A model generated the notes under the pieces. It was given only the letters and a program-made list of their open reading frames with translations. It was not told the DNA's origin and did not search any database. The position numbers and the translations under genes were made by a program. Below are positions 27,257 through 35,736 of a stretch of 36,869 nucleotides of DNA, piece after piece; positions within the stretch are counted from its first letter, which is position 1; the number at the start of each line of letters is the position of its first letter. The stretch covers positions 1-36,869 of the forward strand of contig JAAZFS010000176.1 in the NCBI GenBank assembly GCA_012511615.1, written 5' to 3'. The stretch comes from Elusimicrobiota bacterium. Its GTDB lineage: Bacteria; CG03; SLGR01.

Positions 27257-27874
27257 ATGATTGAAATTTTTCTAAAGGGCGGTTTTATGATGTGGCCGCT
27301 TCTGATAGCCTCGATTATGGTGGTTGCGATAATAATAGACAGGTTCTTGTATTTTCGTGCGGCCGAAGTGGATGAGAGAAAGTTTTTTATAGGAGTGAAA
27401 GACAAGCTCCGGTCTCAAGGGCCAGATGCAGCGATTGCTTACACCGAAGAAGTGGGAGGCCCCATAGCCGCCATTATGAAGGCGGGATTAAACCAGTTTG
27501 GCCAGGACCGAAGTAAAATAGAAGAGTTTTTTGAGAGAGAAGCCCTGATTGAATTTCCAAGAATGAAAAGGTTTTTGCCTGCCCTTCATACAATTGGAAA
27601 TGTCGCAACTCTCATGGGCTTTACCGGTACAGTTCTGGGTATGATAAAGGCCTTTAATTCTATTGCCTTGGCTGGTACGACCTCACCTTCAATAGTTGCT
27701 GGCGGAATTGGCGAGGCTTTGATTACTACAGCCATGGGCCTTGTTGTGGCTCTTTTTGCAGTGGTGTTTTATCATTATTTCAATCAACGGGCAGAGAGAA
27801 TTATTCTGGAAGCCGAAAAGGCCTCTTTGAACCTGCTTGACATAATGGAGGAAGAGCATGTTTCAACGCTTTAA
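27257..27874 (+). CDS. MotA/TolQ/ExbB family proton channel
   Basis: 205-aa ORF with 3 TM segments and the motifs GGFMMWPLLIASI and GTVLGMIKAF...AGGIGEALITTAMGLVVAL. An SD AAGGAGA lies upstream. Confidence 0.9.
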   Translation: MIEIFLKGGFMMWPLLIASIMVVAIIIDRFLYFRAAEVDERKFFIGVKDKLRSQGPDAAIAYTEEVGGPIAAIMKAGLNQFGQDRSKIEEFFEREALIEFPRMKRFLPALHTIGNVATLMGFTGTVLGMIKAFNSIALAGTTSPSIVAGGIGEALITTAMGLVVALFAVVFYHYFNQRAERIILEAEKASLNLLDIMEEEHVSTL

Positions 27875-28268
27875 AGATTCATCAAATAAGCTTGGGTTTT
27901 TCTCTACAACAGAACCCATGGCGGACGTGGTGTTTCTTCTTCTTATATTCTTTATGATAACCTCCTCTTTTGCCTTGGAGCCAGGTATATCGGTTGATCT
28001 TCCGCGGGCCCTAACGTCTGAAGAACAGCCCCGTCAGAGGATACTTATTACCATAACCAGGGACAGAACCATTCTTTTAAATGATGATATAGTGAGTTTT
28101 GATAATCTTGCCGGCCGCTTGGAGGCCCTTTTGGCTTCTTCCCGTGATTCGGTTTTAGTTGTCAGGGCCGACCGGGATGTGCCTCATGGATTTGTAGTAA
28201 GAGCTCTGGATATATCCCGGGAGGTGGGCGCCGGCCAGCTTGCTATAGCTACCGAGAGTCTCAGGTAG
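27858..28268 (+). CDS. ExbD/TolR family protein
   Basis: 136-aa ORF with a single TM carrying the conserved Asp (EPMADVVFLLLIFFMIT) and a periplasmic ExbD-like domain (VLVVRADRDVPHGFVVRALD). It overlaps the upstream gene by 17 nt. Confidence 0.88.
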   Translation: MFQRFKDSSNKLGFFSTTEPMADVVFLLLIFFMITSSFALEPGISVDLPRALTSEEQPRQRILITITRDRTILLNDDIVSFDNLAGRLEALLASSRDSVLVVRADRDVPHGFVVRALDISREVGAGQLAIATESLR

Positions 28269-28275
28269 AAAGGGG

Positions 28276-28953
28276 ATGAGTTTTAGAAAAAGCTTACTGA
28301 TTTCAGTAGTTTTTCATCTTATGCTGCTTTTTCTAATCCCAGGTATTGGTTTACAGGATGATAGGCTGGACTGGGTGGAGGTTTCTTTGCTGACTTTTCC
28401 AGATTTAAAGGAGAGGCATCCCGATATGGTGCCTGGTGACCCTGAAACTGCTTTACCCTCTTTGCCTCCGCCTTCACCAGAGAAAACTCCGGCCCCGCTG
28501 GATCTTCCTGAAGTAAATACAGATTTAAGTACTGAAATTGTCGATGCGGCTCCACCAGATACCCAGATAGAACGAAGAAATATTTTCCCCATCCACCAGC
28601 CGGAAAAATCCCTGCCCGGCCGGCCAGATAGGAGGGGGATACTTGATGAACCAGGCGACGATCCCGGCGAAGTTATAACTGGGCCCGTTGCCCGTAGAAA
28701 CATATTAAGAAAAGCGACCCCGATTTACCCTGCTTGGGCAGAGGAAACGGGGATTGAGGGAGAGGTGCGTCTCAGGTTTTGGGTGACTCCAGAGGGGACT
28801 GTCTCCAGAGTGGTACTGGAGAATACTTCTGGCTACCCAGATTTTGATTCTAGGGCCATGGAGGCTGTAAAAAAATATCTTTTCTCTCCCGTTTCTTCAG
28901 ATGATGACCCCGAAGAACAATGGGGGCGGATAAAGGTAAAATATAGATTATGA
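28276..28953 (+). CDS. TonB-family energy transducer
   Basis: 225-aa ORF. It has an N-terminal TM with an SxxxH motif (SVVFH), a Pro-rich spacer (PSLPPPSPEKTPAPLDLP) and a TonB_C-like domain (PIYPAWAEETGIEGEVRLRFWVTPEGTV...SGYPDFDSRAMEAVKKYLFSP). Confidence 0.85.
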   Translation: MSFRKSLLISVVFHLMLLFLIPGIGLQDDRLDWVEVSLLTFPDLKERHPDMVPGDPETALPSLPPPSPEKTPAPLDLPEVNTDLSTEIVDAAPPDTQIERRNIFPIHQPEKSLPGRPDRRGILDEPGDDPGEVITGPVARRNILRKATPIYPAWAEETGIEGEVRLRFWVTPEGTVSRVVLENTSGYPDFDSRAMEAVKKYLFSPVSSDDDPEEQWGRIKVKYRL

Positions 28954-29729
28954 CTATTAAAAATTATGCAGAGGCAGCAGCGGAAATAGCCCAGAAGGCA
29001 GGTGACCTCCTCTTAAAAGAATTCGGCGGAGAAAGAGAAATCACTCACAAGGGAAAAATTGACCTTGTGACGGAGATGGATAAAAAGAGTGAAGATCTTA
29101 TCTTGGACTATATAAATAAAAATTTTCCTGATGATAATGTGCTCTCAGAAGAAGATGGGGCCTCCGGAACTGGTGGGGGAAATCGCTGGATTGTGGATCC
29201 TCTTGATGGGACGACAAACTATGCTCATGGTTTTCCTTTTTTTGCTACTTCAATAGCAGTTGAATCACGGGATAAAGAGATTATTGCAGCAGCAGTTTGT
29301 GCTCCCTATATGAATGAGCTTTATACTGCCTCACTTGGTGGGGGTGCTTTTCTCAATGGCAAAGAAATCCGTGTTAGCGATATAGAAAAACTATCTCTTT
29401 CGGTATTAGCTACAGGATTTCCCTATGATGTGGATGAGGGCGCAAAAAATCTTGAGTATTTTGGCAGGTTTCTTTATAAGACCCAGGCGGTCCGTCGTCC
29501 TGGATCTGCTGCTCTTGACCTTTGTGCGGTCGCTGCTGGTAGGTTTGACGGTTTTTGGGAGTTTGGGCTCAAGCCTTGGGATACGGCTGCGGGTATGCTT
29601 CTTGTGCGGGAGGCAGGTGGACTTGTCACCCGTATTGACGGCTCGGACTACAATCCTTTTATGCAAGGAGTTCTAGCTGCAAATCCTTTCATACACGCTG
29701 AAATGATAGAGGTATTAAAAGATGAATGA
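28950..29729 (+). CDS. suhB: Inositol monophosphatase family protein
   Basis: 259-aa ORF with SEEDG, WIVDPLDGTTNYAHG and GSAALDLCAVAAGRFDGFWE motifs. It has an ATGA overlap with the TonB gene. Confidence 0.88.
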   Translation: MTIKNYAEAAAEIAQKAGDLLLKEFGGEREITHKGKIDLVTEMDKKSEDLILDYINKNFPDDNVLSEEDGASGTGGGNRWIVDPLDGTTNYAHGFPFFATSIAVESRDKEIIAAAVCAPYMNELYTASLGGGAFLNGKEIRVSDIEKLSLSVLATGFPYDVDEGAKNLEYFGRFLYKTQAVRRPGSAALDLCAVAAGRFDGFWEFGLKPWDTAAGMLLVREAGGLVTRIDGSDYNPFMQGVLAANPFIHAEMIEVLKDE

Positions 29730-30654
29730 TTTAGAGATAATATATGATCTTCTTATAGTTGGTGCTGGGCCTGCAGGTTTAACTGCGGCTCTCTATGCTT
29801 CTAGGGGAGGCTTGAGTGTCCTTTTAGTTGAGAAGGCCTATCCTGGGGGTCAGCTCTGGCTTTCCGATAGTATTGAAAACTATCCTGGATTTGCTAAAGG
29901 GGTTCAGAGCAATTTGTTGGCCTCTGAAATGGAGGCCCAAGCCCGCCACTTTGGTGCAGAGTTCTTAACGGCTGAAGCTACTGCAATTAAGAAAAATAAT
30001 TCAGTAATAGAGCTTGAGACAGATGGTGGCAGTCTAAAGGGAAGAAGCCTTATTATCGCTTCAGGTGCTCGCCAGAGGCAGCAGGGGGCAGAGGGAGAAA
30101 GAGAACTCACCGGTAAAGGAGTATCCTATTGCGCGGTTTGTGATGGCCCGCTTTTTAGGGACAAGAGAGTGGCAGTTATCGGTGGGGGTAATACCGCCTG
30201 TGAGGAAGCAGTTTTTCTTACAGCTTTTGCTTCAGAAGTATTTCTTATTCATAGAAGAGATCGACTTCGGGCAGTAAAGGCGCTCAGAGAAAGAGTGAAA
30301 TCCGAGAGCAAAATTAAATTGATGCTAGATAAAAGAGTTAGCAAAATTAAGGGTACGGAAAAAGTAGAGCAAATTGTTTTTGATGATTCTAGCTCTTTGG
30401 ATGTTGAGGGAGTTTTTATTTTTGTGGGTCTTGACCCCAATACTGACTTTGCCAAGGGGTTTACTCCAGATGAAAAGGGGTTTATAATTACAAATCCAGA
30501 TATGGCTACGGAAGTTGCTGGAGTTTTTGCAGCTGGCGATTGCCGATACGGTTCCTTGAGGCAGGTTGTAACGGCCTGTAGTGAAGGCGCGATTGCCGCA
30601 GAGAATGCCAGGCACTATATAGAAAAAATGAAAGGTACAGCATATGATAGGTGA
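29722..30654 (+). CDS. trxB: Thioredoxin-disulfide reductase
   Basis: 310-aa ORF with GAGPAGLTAALYASR, the redox-active CAVCDG, GGGNTACEEA and AAGDC. Confidence 0.93.
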   Translation: MNDLEIIYDLLIVGAGPAGLTAALYASRGGLSVLLVEKAYPGGQLWLSDSIENYPGFAKGVQSNLLASEMEAQARHFGAEFLTAEATAIKKNNSVIELETDGGSLKGRSLIIASGARQRQQGAEGERELTGKGVSYCAVCDGPLFRDKRVAVIGGGNTACEEAVFLTAFASEVFLIHRRDRLRAVKALRERVKSESKIKLMLDKRVSKIKGTEKVEQIVFDDSSSLDVEGVFIFVGLDPNTDFAKGFTPDEKGFIITNPDMATEVAGVFAAGDCRYGSLRQVVTACSEGAIAAENARHYIEKMKGTAYDR

Positions 30655-31852
30655 GGATAAACTAAAGAAACTTATAAGGAAGACAGACTCCAAAATAGTA
30701 ATGGTTGTTATGGATGGAGTTGGAGATGTATCTGATGACAAGGGACTAACTCCCCTGGCTGAGGCCTTTACCCCTAATATGGATAAGCTTGCTTTAGAGT
30801 CAGAACTGGGTCTTACAGTTCCTGTGGATATTGGGATAACTCCCGGATCCGGACCTGCACACCTATCTCTCTTTGGATACGACCCGCTTGAACACGAAAT
30901 AGGGCGTGGTGTTTTAGAAGCTTTGGGTATTGGCATTAATCTTTCTGGAAGGGATTTGGCTGCGCGGGCAAATTTTGCAACCCGGACTCCTCAAGGGATA
31001 ATAAGCGACCGAAGAGCAGGAAGAATAAGTACAGAAGAAAATGAGCGTCTTTGTAAAATACTTAACGAAAAAATGCCTGTCTTGGATGGGGTGAGTGTGA
31101 AAATTTATCCCGGTAAAGAACACCGATTTGTTGTAATTTTTACTGGAGATGGATTAGAAGGCGGACTAAACGATGCTGATCCCCAGGAGGTAGGTAAACC
31201 TGAGAAATTCACAGAGCCAGAGACTCCTTCTGCGGAAAAATCAAGTCGCATAGTCAACCAGTTTATCAAGGAAGTTCAAAAGATTCTTAAGGATGAATTG
31301 CCCGCAAATACTTGTCTTGTGAGAGGGATAGGAAAATCCCCCGATATTAGCAGTATGGGGGATCTCTTTGGTTTAAAACCGCTTGCTATCGCCTCCTACC
31401 CCATGTATAAGGGACTTTCTAAACTTGTTGGGATGGACGTAAGCGAAGGCCTATCTAATCTTGAGGAACAGACTATTGAACTTAAGAAAAAATTTAATGA
31501 CTATGACTTCTTTTATTACCATGTAAAAAAGACTGATTCTTTTGGAGAAGACGGCAACCGTCCGATGAAAATAAAGGTTATTGAAGAATTTGATGCTCTT
31601 ATCCCGGATATACTTGCTTTGAAGCCGGATGTTCTCTGCATATCTGCGGACCATTCTACTCCGGCGGTTATGAAGGGTCATTCCTGGCATCCAAGTCCCG
31701 TACTTATTCACGGATCTTATATGAGGACTGGACAAGTTAAGGGTTTTAATGAGGAAGAGTGCCTTAAGGGTTCACTGGGCAGGTTTTACGCGAAAGACCT
31801 GATGCAGCTACTCTTGTCTCACGCTGGTAAACTTGATAAATATGGGGCATAG
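30644..31852 (+). CDS. apgM: Cofactor-independent phosphoglycerate mutase, archaeal ApgM-type (alkaline phosphatase superfamily)
   Basis: 402-aa ORF with VMDGVGD, TPLAEAFTPNMD, PGSGPAHLSLFGYDP, GRGVLEALGIG, SDRRAGRI and ADHSTP motifs characteristic of the ApgM family. It overlaps trxB by 11 nt. Confidence 0.82.
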   Translation: MIGEDKLKKLIRKTDSKIVMVVMDGVGDVSDDKGLTPLAEAFTPNMDKLALESELGLTVPVDIGITPGSGPAHLSLFGYDPLEHEIGRGVLEALGIGINLSGRDLAARANFATRTPQGIISDRRAGRISTEENERLCKILNEKMPVLDGVSVKIYPGKEHRFVVIFTGDGLEGGLNDADPQEVGKPEKFTEPETPSAEKSSRIVNQFIKEVQKILKDELPANTCLVRGIGKSPDISSMGDLFGLKPLAIASYPMYKGLSKLVGMDVSEGLSNLEEQTIELKKKFNDYDFFYYHVKKTDSFGEDGNRPMKIKVIEEFDALIPDILALKPDVLCISADHSTPAVMKGHSWHPSPVLIHGSYMRTGQVKGFNEEECLKGSLGRFYAKDLMQLLLSHAGKLDKYGA

Positions 31853-31908
31853 GTTTCTTGATAGAAAATTGGCTTTCTGTTAGGATTAACGAAAGAAAGG
31901 TATAACAA

Positions 31909-32775
31909 ATGAAACTCAGATATCTCATGGCAGTATCCATAGCGGGCTTGTTTTTTTTCGCTGGCTGTGCAGAAAAAGAAGAGGCCGTGGCTTTTGTCGG
32001 ACGTCGTCGGATAACAATCAGTGATTTTAAAGAACGACTCGAGGACCTACCTCCCTATTACAGGGGATTTGTTTCTACCGAAGGCGGTAAAAAACAATAT
32101 CTATCTGGCGTAATAAAAGAAGAGATGCTTCTCCAAAAAGCCCAGGACAAAAATATTCATAAAATTCCTGAAATCGCTAGAAGACTTGAAGAGGTCCGGC
32201 GGGAAGTTCTGCTTATAGCTGTTATCGGCTACCTGCAAAACGAGGTTGTTAAAGTCTCGGATCAGGATATTAGAGACTATTATGAATTAAACCTGGAAAA
32301 CTTTTCAGATCCACTCCAATTAAAGGTTAGCCATATTCTCTTAAGTGATGAGGAGACCGCTACTAATATGCTAGCACAAATTCGTCGCGGAGTATCTTTT
32401 GAAAAACTTGCCCGAGAGAATTCTCTTGACACTTTTACCGCGGTAAATGGCGGAGATATGGGCTTTATAGAGAGAGGAGATATGCCTGAGGAATTTGAAG
32501 AGGCTGCTTTTTCTATAGAGAGAGTTGGAGGCATATCTGAAATCATAAGAACTTCTTATGGCTACCATTTTATTAAACTGACTGGGCGCAAGCGCGGCCG
32601 GGCTGAAAACCTGGAAGAGGCATCAGAGAAAATCCGTCATAGGATAGAACAGGAGAAATTCAACGAGCTTCTTGAGCGCTATAACCGTGAGTACAATGTC
32701 AGAATAAATTATGATGTTCTTGATAAAATTGATTTGGGAACTGCTGGCTACGAATTCCCAGAGATGGATGATTAA
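31909..32775 (+). CDS. Parvulin-type peptidyl-prolyl isomerase lipoprotein (PrsA/PpiD-like)
   Basis: 288-aa ORF with a lipobox FFFAG|C and a PpiC rotamase domain (VSHILL...GGDMGFIERGDMPEEFEEAAF...SYGYHFIKL). Confidence 0.85.
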   Translation: MKLRYLMAVSIAGLFFFAGCAEKEEAVAFVGRRRITISDFKERLEDLPPYYRGFVSTEGGKKQYLSGVIKEEMLLQKAQDKNIHKIPEIARRLEEVRREVLLIAVIGYLQNEVVKVSDQDIRDYYELNLENFSDPLQLKVSHILLSDEETATNMLAQIRRGVSFEKLARENSLDTFTAVNGGDMGFIERGDMPEEFEEAAFSIERVGGISEIIRTSYGYHFIKLTGRKRGRAENLEEASEKIRHRIEQEKFNELLERYNREYNVRINYDVLDKIDLGTAGYEFPEMDD

Positions 32776-32785
32776 GGAATAATAA

Positions 32786-33757
32786 ATGAAAAACCATGTA
32801 TTAAAAATATTTACTGTTGCGGCTATTGTTTTTGCGGTCACTTTTCAGAGTCAGGCAAGTCAGATAGTTGACAGAGTTATCGCCCGCGTGAATAAGGAAG
32901 TAATCCTTCTCTCCGAATATAATAAGAGAGTTGAGCCGGTGATAAACGAGTTCAACCGCCTTTATGAAGAGGCAGACAAAGAGGAGAAGCTTGAGGAATT
33001 AAAAACTGAGCTTCTCAATCAAATGATTGATGAAAAACTTCTTATGCAGAAAGCAGATGAGGAGAAAATTGAAGCCGCCTCTGAGGAAGTAAATCAGGGA
33101 GTTTCCGAGATAAGAAACAGGTTTGATACCGAGGCAGATTTTCAGAATGAGATTACTGGCCAGGGCTATACCCGCGAAGAGTTCAGGAAAAGCATAGAGG
33201 ACCAAATAAGGGTTATCAAGCTTATCAATGACTTTGTTCGCGACAAGATAGGACCTCCCACAGAAGAGGAAGCCCGGGCCTATTATGAGGAAAATAAAGA
33301 AGAAATGGTAACTCCTGAGCGAGTATCCGCAAGACATATTCTTGTCAGAATAGATGGTGATGTCCCTCAAACAACTGCTAGAAAAGAAATAGATGAAGTT
33401 TACGCTAAGGTAAAGGCCAAGCCAGAACTTTTCAATCAGTATGCCGAAGAGCACTCAGACTGTCCATCTGGCGCTTTGGGAGGTGACCTAGGATATTTTG
33501 CCCGCGGAGAAATGGTAGGAGAGTTTGACGAGATTGCTTTCAATATGAATGTGGGAGATATTAGCGAACCCTTTCTAACTCGTTTTGGTTATCATATTGT
33601 CAAGGTTACCGGAAAGCAGGGAAGCGAGAACAAGACCTATGCTGAGGTTAAAGATCGTCTTAAAAACCTGCTCTATCAAATCAGGATGGAAGAGGCCTAT
33701 GAGAAGTTTCTGACTGGCCTCAGAGAAGAAGCCGATATAAAAAGGAGTCCCCTGTAA
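32786..33757 (+). CDS. surA: SurA-like periplasmic chaperone / parvulin PPIase
   Basis: 323-aa ORF with a signal peptide, a SurA-N-like start (IVDRVIARVNKEVILLSEY) and one rotamase domain (ARHILV...GGDLGYFARGEMVGEFDEIAF...FGYHIVKV). pdxA and rsmA lie downstream, as in the enterobacterial surA-pdxA-rsmA arrangement. Confidence 0.8.
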   Translation: MKNHVLKIFTVAAIVFAVTFQSQASQIVDRVIARVNKEVILLSEYNKRVEPVINEFNRLYEEADKEEKLEELKTELLNQMIDEKLLMQKADEEKIEAASEEVNQGVSEIRNRFDTEADFQNEITGQGYTREEFRKSIEDQIRVIKLINDFVRDKIGPPTEEEARAYYEENKEEMVTPERVSARHILVRIDGDVPQTTARKEIDEVYAKVKAKPELFNQYAEEHSDCPSGALGGDLGYFARGEMVGEFDEIAFNMNVGDISEPFLTRFGYHIVKVTGKQGSENKTYAEVKDRLKNLLYQIRMEEAYEKFLTGLREEADIKRSPL

Positions 33758-33758
33758 A

Positions 33759-34823
33759 ATGAAAAACATTCTAGAAAAATACAATTATCCAGAAGACGAA
33801 ATTGCTCCTCTTATAGACCGCTATCGTAGAGGTGAGTTTCAGCCATCAGATAATGTTTTAAAAGCAAAAGTAGAGGCACCAGCAGACGATGCTTTTGGGA
33901 GCCTGCCCCCGGAGGGTAGCCCTGAAAGAGCCCGGCTTTACTCCATAGGGATGGAGGCAATTGAGAAAGGTCAGCTGGCCCTAGTAATTCTTAACGGTGG
34001 GATGGCGACCCGTTTTGGAGGACTTGTAAAAGGAATCGTAGAAGTTTTTGACGGGATGAGTTTTCTGGAGTTAAAAATCCGGACGGCCATGAGAATTTCC
34101 GACAAAATAAGTTTTTACATAATGAATTCCTTTTCTACAGAAGAGGGTACTAAAAAACACTTTGAGGAAAAGAATTATTTTGGAATTCCTGAAAGAATAA
34201 AAATGTTCAACCAGTTTATTGCACCAAGGATAAACGAGAAAGGCGAATTTTTCAGACAGGGCGATCCAACCAAGGGTTATTATGGCCCCGGTCATGGGGA
34301 TTTTCCCTATGCTTTCAAGGAAAGTGGCGAACTAAAGAATTTTGAAGATGCGGGTGGTAAATATATTTTCTTCTCTAATGTTGATAATCTTGGGGCCCTG
34401 CCCATTCCAGAAATACTGGGTTATCACATAGAGTCAGGTGCTGAATTAACTGCTGAAGAAGCAGAAAAAGCTCCAGGAGACGAAGGCGGTGCTCCGGCTC
34501 TGGTGGATGGTCGCCTTCAGCTGGTAGAGGGTTTTGCTTTTCCGGAAGGCTTTGACACGTCGAAAATACCAGTCTTTAACTGTAATTCCTACTGGGTAAA
34601 TTCTGAAGCGCTAAGGAAAAATTTTGATTTACCCTGGTATATAGTTGAAAAAGAGGCGGATTCAGAAAAAGTAATCCAGTTTGAGCATATTGCAGGTGAT
34701 TTAACAATCTTTTTAGAATCTGCCTTTCTTAGGGTTTCTCGGGACGAGCGTTTCTTTCCCGTCAAGCGTCCAGAGGACCTGGAAAATAGCAGAGAAGCCT
34801 TAAGAAAACTTACCGGATACTAA
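33759..34823 (+). CDS. UDPGP-family (eukaryote-type UTP--hexose-1-phosphate uridylyltransferase) protein, short form
   Basis: 354-aa ORF. Its motifs LNGGMATRFGG, MNSFSTEEGTKKHF, FNQFIAPRI, GPGHGDF and IFFSNVDNLGA parallel the eukaryotic UGPase/USP signatures (LNGGLGTSMG, MNSFNT.EDT, FNQS.YPR, PPGHGD, SNIDNLGA) as I recall them. The start is 1 nt after the surA-like stop. Confidence 0.75.
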   Translation: MKNILEKYNYPEDEIAPLIDRYRRGEFQPSDNVLKAKVEAPADDAFGSLPPEGSPERARLYSIGMEAIEKGQLALVILNGGMATRFGGLVKGIVEVFDGMSFLELKIRTAMRISDKISFYIMNSFSTEEGTKKHFEEKNYFGIPERIKMFNQFIAPRINEKGEFFRQGDPTKGYYGPGHGDFPYAFKESGELKNFEDAGGKYIFFSNVDNLGALPIPEILGYHIESGAELTAEEAEKAPGDEGGAPALVDGRLQLVEGFAFPEGFDTSKIPVFNCNSYWVNSEALRKNFDLPWYIVEKEADSEKVIQFEHIAGDLTIFLESAFLRVSRDERFFPVKRPEDLENSREALRKLTGY

Positions 34824-34836
34824 GTCTGGCCCTTAC

Positions 34837-35736
34837 TTGAAAAGAGTCGTCATATCCATGGGAGATCCCAGGGGGATCGGCCCTGAGATCATATACAAAT
34901 CACTCTCTGAATTGCCTGATGAAAACATAGAAATTTCTATAGTAGGAGACGAGAAGCTTCTTAAGGCGGAAGCAGATCGCCAAGACTTTAACAGCTCCCA
35001 AGTGAAATTATATGATCCTGGTAGTGGGGATGGTCCGGGTGAGGCCTCAATTAGATATATTGATCAAGCCCTCCAACTTATTGAAAACTATCCCGGTTCG
35101 ACTTTCCTTACAGCTCCTGTTGAAAAAAAAGCCGTGGCAGAATACATTCCAAATTTCACTGGTCACACAGGCTATCTCGCAGAAAAAGCTCAGAATGCCT
35201 TTACCGTAATGAGCTTTATAAGTCCAAAAATGAAGATGTCTCTTTTAACTGAGCATCTTCCCTTGAAAGAAGTCCCCAAAACTATTGATAAGGATATGAT
35301 TATCAATCATATCGATGTCGTAAGAAAAGATTTAAAAAAATATTTTAAGATATTTTCGCCAAGGTTTGTCCTGGCATCTTTGAATCCTCATGCAGGTGAA
35401 TCGGGCCTTTTGGGATGGGAAGAGGAAGAAAATTTTATTCCGGCCGTAAAAGACTTGAAGAAAAATGGGGTAAATGTTGATGGACCTTTTTCGGCTGATT
35501 ATGCCCTCCGGGCCGCCTTAGACGGAAAATATGATTTTATTCTGTCGCCCTATCATGACCAACTGCTTCCAGCATTTAAAGTTCTTTTGGCCCCTTCAGT
35601 AAATATGACCTTGGGGCTTGGTTATCCGAGAGTTTCTCCAGATCATGGGCCTGCTATTGACCTCAAAGAAGGGCCTGCCGATTATTCTTCAATGAAAGCA
35701 GCCCTAGAACTTGCAGTTCATCTTGCTGATGGCTAG
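34837..35736 (+). CDS. pdxA: 4-hydroxythreonine-4-phosphate dehydrogenase
   Basis: 299-aa ORF with a TTG start and the motifs MGDPRGIGPEI, FTGHTGYLAE, LNPHAGESG and SPDHG. Confidence 0.9.
   Translation: MKRVVISMGDPRGIGPEIIYKSLSELPDENIEISIVGDEKLLKAEADRQDFNSSQVKLYDPGSGDGPGEASIRYIDQALQLIENYPGSTFLTAPVEKKAVAEYIPNFTGHTGYLAEKAQNAFTVMSFISPKMKMSLLTEHLPLKEVPKTIDKDMIINHIDVVRKDLKKYFKIFSPRFVLASLNPHAGESGLLGWEEEENFIPAVKDLKKNGVNVDGPFSADYALRAALDGKYDFILSPYHDQLLPAFKVLLAPSVNMTLGLGYPRVSPDHGPAIDLKEGPADYSSMKAALELAVHLADG

Noticed and set aside
28314-28703. 129-aa and 78-aa minus-strand ORFs opposite the TonB gene.
   Set aside because: They are a by-product of the Pro-rich (CCN-rich) TonB spacer, which removes stop codons on the opposite strand. 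They give Gly/Ser-rich nonsense translations.
30325-30936. The longest antisense ORF in the window (203 aa, minus strand), spanning the trxB/apgM junction.
   Set aside because: It lies entirely opposite two well-supported genes. The translation is low-complexity (S/P/I/C-rich) with no motif, start context or SD. It is a typical shadow ORF.
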